Positions 11,611 through 24,352 of a stretch of 64,000 nucleotides of DNA are shown here, piece by piece; within the stretch, counting starts at the first letter, position 1, and each line of letters starts with the position of its first letter. The stretch is from Oopsacas minuta (lineage: Eukaryota; Animalia; Porifera). Below the pieces are notes generated by a model, which saw only the letters and a list, made by a program, of their open reading frames with translations, did not search any database and had not been told where the DNA came from. Location: NCBI GenBank assembly GCA_024704765.1, contig JAKMXF010000099.1, positions 382,432 through 446,431 on the forward strand, given 5' to 3'. A program made the translations under genes and the position numbers.

Positions 11611-13401
11611 TGTAGAAATTGCATCAAGAAACCGCTTTCTTTTCTTTAATTCACTTAATCTGTGGCTACTGATATAAGCATAATTTTCCAGGACCTAATT
11701 TTTTAATCCTATTTGTTCAATCCACTACACTTGTTGGATTATCCGCGGTCAATTTTAACAAGTGTTATTCTCACCCGTTTAGCTGTTTTGTATCACTCCC
11801 ACACCGGCATACCTTACTTGTAAGTGTGCTTGCAACAATTTGCCAAATTCGATAAATGTTATCTCAATATTTTACTTCCCTATTGCAATCTTCTTTAAGA
11901 TCTACACAGAAACGTGAGTAATTGATTTTGCTATTCTTATGTACTTTACATAAATTTATATAATTGCATATTCTCACTATTTTGCACGGTTCTCCGCTGA
12001 TTACTAGTGAAAATTAAGTCATTATTACAATTCTGATAATGATAATAGGAAAAGTTGTCATTATTACGATTATCTCCGATTTCAATATTCTCACGGTGCA
12101 ATTACTTTTGGCTCGACTAAGCTCTTGCTATGCATACATACGAAAATATTTTCCACTTACTTATTTAGAAACAATTTATTATAAGTAACAAGGATGGGAG
12201 AAATGCTGTTAAATGTTAACAGCATGAAAATTGACGTTGAAGTAAATGACAATAAGTATTCTATTTAGCCAGAACATAGCTGATTCTCTAATTAAATTCG
12301 GATATTTATTGGCTTAAATGAGTTGGGTACGTTGCAAAAGTGCGAACTTCTAGGGTTGTCACTAGTTCGAATTAGTAGTACATAAATATAAGTAGATATT
12401 TATAATTTTTGTAATAGATAATAAAAATATAAGAAAAAGAAACGCAATAGTATAATAGGGATTAAATCGTGAGCCAGTCATAACAAAGGAGTTGTAACCT
12501 GTCATACAATAGTTCCAATCTAATTTTGAGAGTGTTGTTATTAGTCCCAAAATAGAGTAGAACAGATTACAACTCCAGAAAATCGCATTAATGCATGCAT
12601 ATCGCCAGATGTGAGCCAACTTAAAAGGGTATATGCTATATACATCATGAAATCATTCCTAGTTGTTTAATATCTTTTAACGACCGAAGGTAGCAGGCTG
12701 AAAACATTTTGGAGTGATAGGTTCCTAGGTTATCTCATTTTTTGTATGTCTCCAAGTCCTTCCCTTTGATGGTAGCCCTTTCACAAAAGGGCCGTAGCCA
12801 GAAAGTATTGTCGGGAGGGGGCTGACTACATGTTTGGGGGTGTTTTGAGATGTCACTATTTTAATCTAATCAGGGCACTCAAAAAGTTCCAAACTTTGTT
12901 TAATATCTACACTACAACAAATTACTAATCAATTTCCTACATAAAATGTTCGAAATACTCCCCCTCTACATCTATGCATAGTTGTAGGCCTTTCAACCCA
13001 CTTCGAAAATGTTTTTTATACTCGTCTCTGTATACTGAATTAAGGTAGTGGAAAATTCCATTCTCTAGCTCTTGTAGGGTATGAAATAGCCGTCCTCGCA
13101 AGTGTCTTTTAGCTCAGGAAATAGCCAGAAATCACAATGTGATAGATCTGGGGAATACAGAGGACGTTCCATCGTTTCAAACAGGATATCTTCAATGACT
13201 TCCCTACGTATTTGAAAGATGAGATCTAGCATTATCGTAGAGAAGTTTGATTCCTCGAGTTCCTGTACGTGTATGTCGTGTTTATATACTTTCTCGACTT
13301 CTCTCAGACATTCATCTGCGTAAATTCTCCATTGAGTCGTTTTCCATAGACACAGGTATTTGAGCCACTGGCCCATATACATCAAAAGATATGCTGTGGA
13401 G

Positions 13402-13496
13402 CAGTGGTTCTCAACCTGGGTTCCGAAGCCCCAAAAATGGTTTCATTATGTTTATCGGCGGGGGGTACGCGGAAGAAAAAGGGTTGAGAACCAATG
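13402..13496. mobile_element. 95-bp hAT-type MITE with 8-bp TSD
   Basis: TIRs cagtggttctcaacc / cattggttctcaacc; flanks ctgtggag / ctgtaaag, each one change from the empty site ctgtagag in the mariner copy near 25365. Confidence 0.85.
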
Positions 13497-13728
13497 CTGT
13501 AAAGAACCTTTTCGTCTCGGAAGTCCGGACTTTTGGGAGCCACGATTTGATGAAATGTCCAGGTTAGGGCAACCTCTTCAACTCTCAAATCGGTGTCAAT
13601 ATCCGAAAGTTCCCGAATTTCGGAGGTTATTTCAGGTGTGGTAGCTGAAAATGGTCTTCCGGTCGGGACGGGCATCTCTAATGCTGCCTCTACCAGCGTT
13701 TAATTTACATGCCCATTCCTTTACAGTG

Positions 13729-14158
13729 CAGGGGGTCGTAGCCACTGGTCAGGTTGGTCAGGTTATGGTCGGGTTTCATCTAACTGTGATTAGCGGTATT
13801 TAACCATTCCCGAGGAAAGAAATGTAGTAAGCTCTTGGTTAACAAGCTTATTCTTGTAATTCTTTGCAACATACCTACGTATGATTATATTCCGACCTAC
13901 TATCTGATATCGATTTACCTTCTTGCGTTCTGCCTATACTTTTAACCCACCTCAGGAAAATATTTACAATATCATTGACTTAGCATTATTGCCCTGGCTA
14001 GAGTGACACTTTTATATAATATATCAGGGCTGTAGCCATCAGTCCGGTTAGTCAGGTTTCAACCTGACCAAATATGCTAGCAAATTATCCAATAATTCAC
14101 CAACTAGTCCTGTTATACAAGCTAGCCCTACCACTTCAACCGGACCACTACGGACCTG
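13729..14158. mobile_element. Composite CAGGG-ended MITE with 5-bp TSD
   Basis: Left end cagggggtcgtag, internal second left end cagggctgtag at 14025, right end ctacggacctg; CAGTG duplicated relative to the empty site cctttacagtgggata (reverse complement near 24920). Confidence 0.75.
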
Positions 14159-15014
14159 CAGTGGGATAGCGCTAGAGCTTCCCATGATAAACGGTGACAA
14201 GATTTTCATGTTTCTGGAGTAGTTTGTCCCCGAGTACGGTACGAATCTTTATTTAAGCTCGTTTTCGGTTTTGCTTAATTTGTGTATTGAAGCGATGAAA
14301 TGTTGACTCGAGAAAATAGTTAAAATTGAAGTAGGATATATCAAAATATACAATAGCTAGAGTAAATTGCTCAATAGCATTATGTAAGTAATCGATGGGA
14401 CTATTAGGATACATATGCATTTCATATAGTCGAGTAAAGCTTGGATGCTATATACTAAGGATGGGAACTTTCTGAATGCCCCATGTGTTTTGTATAGCTG
14501 CTAGGAGCCGGATCGTAGTGTTTTTGTTAATAAACTATCTAATTTGCTTTATTTTTATGAATATTAGGTAACGAATGAAGTAGACAGTAAAAATCAATCA
14601 AAACATATACTTCCTGTAGAGAATATATAATTGAACATCTCACATTTTCCTGGAATCCAGATGAACCCTAATGCATTTGAAACAATATAACAATTCGTTG
14701 CAATTTTTTGGTGAGACCATTATTTTCCATATTTTAACCAGTTCACAGCTAATAAAACTATAGTCCGGCATAAAATACCCAAAAGGGTATTGTAGGTGAG
14801 TTTCGCCTATAGAATGTTTTTGCTTAATCCCTTTTCCATGATTATATTTGAGTAAGAATCAGCTGGATCACACATGTTATCACCTCCACATTCTTTTTCG
14901 GCCACTTTGGACACAATTTGTTAAAGTTTAATGCTTGCAAGTCATTCATAGCAACTTGTATGTATTTGTGGGTGTTTTGCCATGGTAAAGCAGGATTGTG
15001 CTACATTCAAACCT

Positions 15015-15790
15015 CAACAATCGTCCTAAACATCCCGATTAACCCTTATTCGACGCCGCTAGGCTAGCTGAGTCTATATTACCACATATCAGCACTCTAG
15101 ATAGTTTGCTCTCATGAGTTTGTTGTCCCGACACCTGGGCCTTCAAATTTTCTATATATTCTTCACATATTTGCTACAACTAAACGATTAGATTGAGTGA
15201 TTTTGAGAGCAATTATATGTATAGATAATTCATCCACAAATATGAAGCAAACCATGATATATTATGGTGATGATAAATTTGTGAATTTGGATAGTCTTGT
15301 GACTGCACATCATGGAAAATTACAAAATTAATTTCGTTCTGACCGGATTTTATCCAATATCTATCCAATTGGAACTCTATGCATTGTGACAGAGACCCAT
15401 AGGCAACAGTTTTCCATAATACACAAAGTTCCAACTGAATAGATATTGGATAAAGTCACGTCAAAAGGAAATATATTTCTGTAATTTTCCATGATCTGCA
15501 GTTAATAGTCTCTGCAAATTAACAAACATATAATCACCATAACATAACAACTTGGAAATCCCGGCGGTTTGCTTAATATTTGTAGATTGTATATTTATAC
15601 ATATGATTTCTCCAAAAATATGTGATTGTAGGAAATATGTGAAATTTAGCAAAAAATTTGGAGGGCACAGGACCGGTCAAACAAACTTAAATTAAAGATA
15701 TCTAGAGGGATGGTATGTGAGAAGGTACACTCAACTAACCTAGCGGCGTCAAATATGGGGTTATTTGATAAGTTTAAGACGATGATTAAT
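15015..15790. repeat. ~90-bp inverted repeats enclosing ~600 bp
   Basis: 15017-15105 (..gacgccgctaggctagctgagt..ctctaga) is inverted at 15701-15790 (tctagag..actcaactaacctagcggcgtc..). Confidence 0.55.
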
Positions 15791-15935
15791 AATGGAATAC
15801 TACCAGATTCCTGCGTTGTAGAGAATAATAACGTACATTCCCCAAATATATTCTAATGACCACTTAAACTACGAGAAATATTTCCCTGATTACAAATATC
15901 GATATAAAATCGATCCGATTTGAACTGAAAAGGTA

Positions 15936-17245
15936 CGAGAGTCAGTCCAAAGGTTTTGTCGTACAAAGGTTCTATTTTGTCTTCAATTAAATAAATGCAA
16001 CACTATATACTTGGATATACGTATATATAATGACTCTACTAATAATTTGAGCTATATTCAACACTTATTCTCTAAGTAGCGGTATTTTATCCATAAACCT
16101 ATATACAGATGTTATTATTTCTGAATGGAACTGGAAAGAAGGGATTTTAGAGCCATGATGTTTTATGAGTTTATGCGTAAGATATCAGTGGAGTAGAATC
16201 ATGAAAACTTGGTGGAAGTTTTCCAAGATCAAGTTCCATCTAAGCGTACAGTGGAGCGTTGGTATCTATATTTCAGGTGGGAGAGAACGTCACTACAAGA
16301 TGAAGCTAGGTCTGGGCGACCTACAACCGCTGTCACTCCAGAGACTATTACTGCTGCCGAGATATTAATCAGAGAGGATAGCCGCATCAGCTATGAGCAG
16401 TTTGTTGAGACCCTAAAGATCGGGAAATCCGCCATCAATACTATTCTACATGATTATCTTGGTGTCAGAAGGCTTGCGGTCCGATGGATTCCTCATAATC
16501 CTCTGAAATGCAATTAGAGACAAGTGTAGAATGGTGCAAGTTCATGCTCAAGAAATTTAAAGGAGGAGAGTCTAAACTAGTTTACGACATACTAAGATGT
16601 GATGAGAGATGGATATATCAGTACGATCCGGAAACAAAGCGACAATCTTCAATCTAGGCGTTTCTTGGCTAGATCCCCCTGTTAAAGTTCGCCGGGCTCG
16701 CAGCGTTGGGAAGAAGAGGGTGGCTACTTTTTCTATAAGACTGGCCCAGTAGCAATAATTCCTCTCAAGGATCGTCGTACCGTCAATGCTGATTGGTACA
16801 TTAACAATTGCCTACCCAAGGCTTTCGAAGCTGGAGTTCTCGTCGCCCTAAGACCGGTATCAGAGGACTTCTCCTTCACCACGATAATGCATCTGCACAC
16901 ACAACAGCCAAACATTGGACTTCCTGGCCGAAAATTCGGTCCAGTTGGTATTGCATCCACCTTACAGTCCAGACTTTGCTCCATGCGACTTTTTCTTGTT
17001 CCCAACAATCAAGGAAAAGATCCGTGGAATAAGGTTTTAGAGTCATGAAGAGGCTCGTCTGGCATTTGAAGAGGCCCTTTGGAGCCTGTCAGAGGAAAAA
17101 ATGGCATAATTGTTTCGACAGTTGGTTTCATCGTATGCAACTTTGCATAGATTGTTGTGGTCGTTATTTTGAGAAACTGTGGAAGTTTGATTAAATTTGT
17201 TATCATATTTTTTTATGTATGACAAAACCTTTGGACTGACCCTCG
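15936..17245 (+). mobile_element. Mariner element (different family), defective, 1310 bp
   Basis: TIRs cgagagtcagtccaaaggttttgtc / cgagggtcagtccaaaggttttgtc; TA TSD 15934-35 and 17246-47; transposase remnant from ATG 16125 (MELERRDFRAM, RSGRP, RWIPH, HHDNASAH, YSPDFAPCDF) with frameshifts. Confidence 0.92.
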
Positions 17246-18859
17246 TATAAGCATTTTAATATCTATCAAATGAGTCCAAAGTCGAACTTATATATTGTTG
17301 AAAACCCTCAAGGGTGACAAGATATTACCCTGAAACATATACTCTAAACATTCAATATCGGTATATAATAGATATCTCTTATAGGACTACGCTTGAAGAT
17401 AACAAAGAATGCTCTTATAACAAAAATAATCATGTTCCCGGCTACCTTATACATTAATACACGTGAACTCATCCAGAGGATGTATATTAATTCTAGTATG
17501 TCCAAAACCTATGGTCTTATATTCAGCAACATTGTATAGGAGTTATGACAACCATTTTCCTGTAGAATGTTCTTATCTCCGCTGTTAGATTGTTATGTCC
17601 TGCAAATAATCAATGGAGTAGAGTGCAAAAGATTCGGTTAATCGAGTTCGTTCGCATAACCGGTGTTCTTATATGCAGAATGTTCTTGACGTCTATACAC
17701 AAAACAGTTAGGAATTATCTTGCGACTAATGCATCTCTAACCCTTAATATAGAATAAATTATTAGGCCTCATAAGTAGGCTTTGCCTTTATCAATCAAAA
17801 AATTAAATTTCTAAAGTTGCCCTACACAGACTATGCTACCTATAAATCTTGCTCTGGATTGCCATAATTATTAACATTCTTACAACCTTCGAATTCTTAA
17901 CGAAACAATACCGTAGAGAATCCAGCGTTTCCCACAGTTTCCCACAGTATATTGATAAAAGCTCATTTTGGTTTTGATAGGGCCTCTGTCACTTATACAG
18001 GTACTAACCCTATGCATAGAGTCTTCAGTTAAAGTAGCTAGATATTCTAAGCGCAGTAATTGACGCGCGCTTAAGGCGGTTTGGGAGAACATAGAGTGAA
18101 TCGAAGAGGTCAATTCGACCTGGGAAATCTTGATGACAAAGCTTGTGATAGATAATGGTGATTATTCAATGTATCTATTAGATCCGAAGATTCCCCAAGA
18201 GAATATATTATAAATTACCATGGTAGTCTAGAATATATAGATATGAATGAGGATATCTAGGTGGAATAAGGGGGCCCGTAGTAAAAATGTCTTATACAGG
18301 ACTCAAAGTCGGCGTAATTAACTTTTGTTTATCGATGTTCGGATGGTTATTAGACTCAATGTCAGAGAAAATCGTTACAACATAATAGAGACGCTCAACA
18401 ACTATGCCAGCAGTCAAAGTTTGTATTTAGGGCCCTCATGAGCACTTGAAAGTTAAAATACCTTCTCATTCATATCTATGTATTCTAGATATCCAAGATA
18501 CTACTCACCATAAAGATGAAATAATTTTTGATGGTTCAGTATCATATGAAATACATTGTAATAATCTATAAAATAGAATTTTAAGTGAAAAATCACTAGC
18601 GTGCTTTGCTTGCTAGGGAGTTTGTACAAAACTACATTTGAATTACAATTAGATTGGGACAAGATTGCAGTCCTTTTTTGGAATATTATGTTGTGGAAGG
18701 TTTAATTTGACTAGTTAAGTAAAGAAAATTCTATAGGGAAGGGATCAGGGTCAAAGTTCGATCTTGAACGAGGTTTCTTTCGTACAAGTTAAAGACAATT
18801 CCGTTGGGGAGGAGGTCAGGGCATAATTTTACAAATGTTTATGTTGAAGAAGGTTTTAC

Positions 18860-19775
18860 CATAGCCTACTAAATATAAGCCCTAATAGTAAAAGTATAGG
18901 AATACAATATTAGCTGAAAGCATACATATACATGGATTCTTAAGAGTAGAAAATGTGCATTTTGCCTGAATTGCATAGTTGTAGAACATCAAATTTATAC
19001 CAATAAATCCTAAAAATTCTAGGAATGCATGAAAATATGTGTCTAGTAAGAATTTATTCAGCGAAATGTGTCATTCTTCGATCCCCCGTAGAACGATAAA
19101 TATTGCAGTTAATGAATAAATCAAATAATTATAGATTTTTTTCTACAAAATGTCAAAAATTGTAAATCTAAATTGTCACGAAGTAGATTTATAGTAGAGA
19201 CAATGTATGACAATTTTTATCAATATTCAATTATAACTGAAGGATCGTTAAAGTTATGGTAAAACAACCAATTTATACTATATATCCGACTTCCCATACC
19301 TTTGTAATTCATTTAGATATGAAATAATTGGAGAGTATTGAATCTTGAAAATGACCATATATGGATATCGTCAAATTGGTGCGCGATATCATCAAAATGT
19401 ATTACAAGACTATGGGAAGTTCGGTTAATAGTATATATTGACTATTCTGATATTACCTTCATTTTAATGATTCTAGAGTTATAGTTGGATATTCATAAAA
19501 ATTGCATCCATAGTCTCTACCGTAGCTCAGCAAAGTGTCAACTTTTGACTGACAAATTTTTGACACTATATATATAAGTCATTTATTCACTTTGAGTTGA
19601 TAAATACAATATTTATAGTTCTACAAGGGATCAAATAATGACATATTTTGCTCAATAAATGCTTACCTGACACATATTTTGAAAATGAATTCTTTTGCAA
19701 TGTTTAAACCATGTCTATACATGCTTTCAGCAAATACTGCACTCCTGGCTCCAAAATCTCGACTTTTCAACTGTA
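18860..19775. mobile_element. Non-autonomous foldback element (CATAG end), right tip lost
   Basis: Long self-inverted arms around a short spacer; homologous to 47477-48538 in the opposite orientation. Confidence 0.75.
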
Positions 19776-20399
19776 GACCCTCCATACAAAGATTCATGGA
19801 CTCACCGCTGTTGATTTATAAAGTATAACACTTAGCTTCCAAGATTCGGTCAGTGTAGGTCTGGGCATAGCATTTTATATACTAATGCAATGGCACTCTA
19901 TTGAAATTGTAGATCATGAATTGTCATTTCCATCGACTTTCAAAGTTCATGGTATCAGCTATAGGTGTGATTCTACTGTGGTCCTAGTTAATTTTCATTC
20001 ATCAGTTTAAATGATTTACCATACCCGACCTGATTTATTGAATAATAGAATATCAAAAGTCAACATAATAGATTTTAATAAATCACACCATATAGTTAAC
20101 AGTACAATACGCATATGAAGTATACAACAAATAACACAATACATTCTCTTAGTTGTAGTAGCAGTAATTTATTATACTATCATAAACGTCCAGCTGGATA
20201 TAACAAATCGAATAACAATACAGTAGCTTCAGTCTTCTACACAAATCTCTAACAGTAATTTGATCTATAAAGCAGGACAGAAAAATAATTTGCGTTTTCT
20301 AAGCTTAGTATTATCCCTATTTAAAACCATGAAATTGTAATTGCGGATTCTCTTCCACAAGATTATATTTGATCATATAACATACAATTTCTTCAATAT

Positions 20400-21400
20400 G
20401 TCCCAATTCCAAACGCCACAGAAGTAACAATCATTCCAAACATCAGTCTAGTTCTCTGAATCATCGTCATAGAAATGAGTACCAACAAACTACGGACTGT
20501 GCAGAATAGAATTTCTTGCTGGAGGAATCACAGTTATCTATCATCCAAAAGGCTTTATAGCAGATAGTAACAGACTTTACTACACAAAAAGAAAGAAAGA
20601 TGTTTATGAGAACCTCTATCTACTAAATCAACCACAGTAATTGAGAACCAACTTCATTATTAACTTCTAGGAGTCTATCTGTTGTTAAAAGATCGTGACA
20701 AGATTGACAGGTATTTGACTTTTTTATGTAAGAAAAGACTGCATATCCTGCTATATAGATGAGGCATTCAATCTGAGAAACTTCTAATTCAATGAGCGAG
20801 ATATCATTCAATATAGTCATATAAGGTTCTATATCGAGTTGCTTTTCATCACTTATAAACTCACAATCGTCTGCGAATTGCCTAAGGTATTCTTTTAGTG
20901 AAACGTTATCTGCCAAACCATATTTTATATCAAAAACTTTTAAAAGGTTGGAAAGTTGGAGTCTTCGTTCGCTTTCTAAAACTTGGTTAAAAGATATTTG
21001 ATAGTGAGACCCTGACATTTGCCTGTATAATCCAAAATGGTGTTCTAAAGGATCATTTTGTATTCTCGCAGCAAGAAGATATTGGCACCCACGATTTTCA
21101 GTCAGTTATATGACTGCTAATGGTAATGCCTCACATGTATGTCTAAAGCTGGTAAAGGTTTGTAGTGTTAATTTTCCTGGCAAAATAGGTAGATTAACTC
21201 GACTATCCAACCAAGAGACAACGTTGTTCAAAAATCGCAATCGAAAATCGTCTTGATATATTGGGACTGAAAATTCATCATTGAAACATATATTTTCCTC
21301 AACCCAGTTTACATTGAATATTTCCATACCCAGTTAATAAGATCAAGAAAATGTACTGTTTGATTGATGTGATTGATGTCATTTTTGATTTTCCACCCTA
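20400..21400 (-). pseudogene. P-element/THAP9-like transposase C-terminal remnant
   Basis: FLDLINWVW/EIFNV, QNDPLEHHFGLYRQMSGSHYQIS, YIAGYAVF followed by CQSC motifs. Confidence 0.75.
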
Positions 21401-23222
21401 ATAGACCGGCAGATGTTGTCTTATGAAAAATTTCAATGCGAAACTGACATTTTTTGCCGTTCTAAGCTTGAGGGCCAACAGATCTTAACTCAAATCTACC
21501 AGAACACGAAAGCGGTCAAGTAGCGTAAAATATCCGTTGAGAGAAATAATTCGTATTCAGCTAACGTGTGCGTGTAAACAAGTATAATTTGATAGATAAT
21601 TAAGTTAAATGGTGGGTGGAGCAAGCAGTATATCAAATGGTCTGTTACAATTAATTAAAATGCCGTAATTGGAAATTATCCATACAGATCCAAACAGTAG
21701 ATCCGTTATCTCAGGGGATCCTAATTCGTTTTCTGTCGCAGTGTGGTTATGAAAAGAATTTTGATTTTGTTATGAACTTTGAAATATGTGGCAAAGAACA
21801 TGGTATGTATCACACAAATGCGGGTTTCTACAGCAGTCTCATGTAATGATCGGAGGAAAATGAACTATGATAAGCTGAACAGTCCTTGGCCTTGGACCAA
21901 TTATTAATATATCATGCCAACCTAGTTATAATATTGTCTCTTAGTAAAATAATTAACCTCAAAATAATGATGCTTTATTGATGCTAAAAGCATGCTCAAA
22001 GTAGTTTTTAATGCCTCCAGTATTTTCATGATAACAATGTCAACACTCGCTACAAATGATTATGAATGATGAATATTATGCATTTTCAGGGAATATAATT
22101 TCCACCCAAGGCATGCTAAACAATTGGACGTTTGAGATGATTCTTTTATATTTCATTGCAATATTTACGATATCCCTGATAATTATACCAATACTATGGC
22201 TATACAATGTCAAAGAAATTGAGTCAACTCAGCTAATGTGGAAATGCAACCACTTGAACGAAGAAAATATACACATAAATTTTTGAGATGTCAGGTGCAC
22301 AACTAGATGTCATTACGAGTAAACATGCCAAATTTGATGTCTTAATCTCTAAAGGTGTGAACAGCAGACCGAAAACCTATTTATATAGATGTATATGTAA
22401 ATATATACCCTGCCCGAAATGTATTCAGCCACTGCTAAAATTTCCATACAAATAGTCCTAATCTCTTCTATTCTTGAGGGGCCTATACTGTAAAACTAAG
22501 ATTTTTGAGTGTTTCCCATGCCAAATTAGCATTCTACGTATTTGCAGACCTCAGTGTAATGACTTCCTATTTAGAAGCAAATGATAAAGCTGATTATTTT
22601 CAACTCATCACATATTGTACCACTTTTTCCCTTTACATCCATTATTCATATGGTGATAGGTTTCAGTGAGTAACACAGGGTTGAACATTTTTATATTTGT
22701 GGGGAGTATTTCTTAGAAATTTTGGTAACTGATTTATCAGAATACCTGGATTGCGAAATTTACCAGATATCTTCTATATAATAATTTTATTGTATTGCAA
22801 TCAAGAATAGACCTACTATTGCCTAATTTTTAATTTTATATATTGCTGAATACTTCTGTCTGGGCAGAGTATATAACTAATATACTAAGTCAACCATTTA
22901 GAACTGAGCCACTATACTATATAATAGTATTAGTCTGCACAGTAAAAATGCAACACCACCTCCCGGGCCAATTTGCAAAGAAATTCTGGAAGAGAATCAT
23001 GTAATTGATATAATTATATTTGTCTATACATAATTTATATTTAAGGTTAATTCATCGGATATAGTAGTATATTCATAGAATATCGATGTCTCCTTTACAC
23101 ATTCTAGGCAGTGTTTGTGTTTACAATACGTATGTATTAATACCTCAAATAATCATCCCCTATTTCCATTATTTGTAGATTTGCTGATTGAAATTTTACC
23201 TAGTTTGTTTCCATCATTTTAG

Positions 23223-23519
23223 ATGGTTTCATTAGATGTTAATCAATCTTTTCACGAAAATCAAATGTTTCGACAGCTTGTTGTTTGTATATCATCTGCA
23301 GAACTTAAAGACCTAGGGTTTTTAGCAAAATCGGGTCCTTTTGTTGAAATACGATCTGACAATGTTTTTAGTACGCAAAAGACTGATTTTGCGAAGAAAT
23401 CTCTCAAACCAATTTGGGACGATTCATTCTCGATTCTGGTGAAACTCGATAGTGAACTAGATTTTCGAATTTGCAATCTTCATTTTGTTAAACCCATCAA
23501 TGTAATTGGTACAGCGAAG
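23223..23519 (+). CDS. C2-domain exon, ITCH/WWP (NEDD4-family E3)-like
   Basis: QLVVCISSAELK..GPFVEI..QKT..KKSLKPIWDDSFSILV..ELDFRI..VIGTA parallels the ITCH/WWP C2 domain; acceptor tttag|ATG at 23222/3, phase-0 donor AAG|gttaga at 23519/20. Confidence 0.65.
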
Positions 23520-23991
23520 GTTAGAATTTTTAGTTTTGATTCACATGTCCATTTGTTACTTTTTTGTATACCTAGGTCTGAGCACTGTTATCCTGTGCTG
23601 CGACCCAATACCAAGAATCGAAATTAACAACGTTCGACTGTTTTTGTTATATTCACAAATTATCATTTATATCCATGGAGTATAGAATCTATAAGTGTTA
23701 ATAATTATGAATTGACAATGTCTGATGTAATATCAGGGGTATATCTTCCCTGACCCTCCACTTTTCGGCGCTTATGCTTGTGACATCATCCATTTGATGC
23801 TATTCAGAGTGCTACAATAAGCAGAATAATATGGTAGCTATTTAAATTGGAAAATAATTCACAAAACTTGAAAAGTCTATTGGTGTTCTATATACATTCA
23901 TACAAAGCCTGATTGCTAGATACGTTACTGACCAAGGTGAGTATACCCACTCTGACTGCTTGCTCACTCAGGGGGTATACAACCTCACGAC

Positions 23992-24225
23992 CAGTGGGGG
24001 CCGGATGTATTTAAAACATATTTCAAATGCAGTCCATATCCAAATGGAAATCGGGATTACTAGGATATCCAAACCGAATCCATTAAAATCTATCAAATTT
24101 ATAAATTTCATGGACCAGATGAAATTCCTTTAGACATTATAGAATCCAACTACATCCGAAATCCATGGATTTTATGGATTTCAAACCCATGACGTCCATA
24201 GATCATTATGCATCCGGCCCGTCTG
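23992..24225. mobile_element. hAT-type MITE (~234 bp)
   Basis: Ends cagtgggggccggatg / cagacgggccggatg; flanks ctcacgac / cccatgag (5 of 8 match). Confidence 0.45.
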
Positions 24226-24352
24226 CCCATGAGCCTTATACTTTCGATACCTATGACCACATCCCTCCTTTGTCTAGGAATATCTTCCCAAACATTGTTA
24301 ATCTGACCCCTCTAATCTAATTAAAGTTTATTCCACGCTTATTACGTATATC

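Larger units (their letters stand above)
12869..14485 (-). mobile_element. Mariner element, internally deleted, with two nested MITE insertions; same family as 24601-25900
   Basis: Ends cagggcactcaaaaagttcc and ggaactttctgaatgcccca. Segments 12870-13401, 13497-13728 and 14159-14485 are reverse-complement matches to 24601-25900; YSPDLSHCDFWLFPELK motif. Confidence 0.9.

Noticed and set aside
12362-12619. Hydrophobic 85-aa minus-strand ORF as a membrane protein
   Set aside because: Composition is expected from AT-rich non-coding DNA; no splice or homology support.
17880-18113. ORF with CISDRGP, like an integrase SDRG motif
   Set aside because: Single short motif with no other integrase features.
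21720-21810. Possible plus-strand exon (LIRFLSQCGYEKNFDFVMNFEICGKEHG|gtatgt)
   Set aside because: Good donor, but no clear acceptor, partner exon or recognisable motif.
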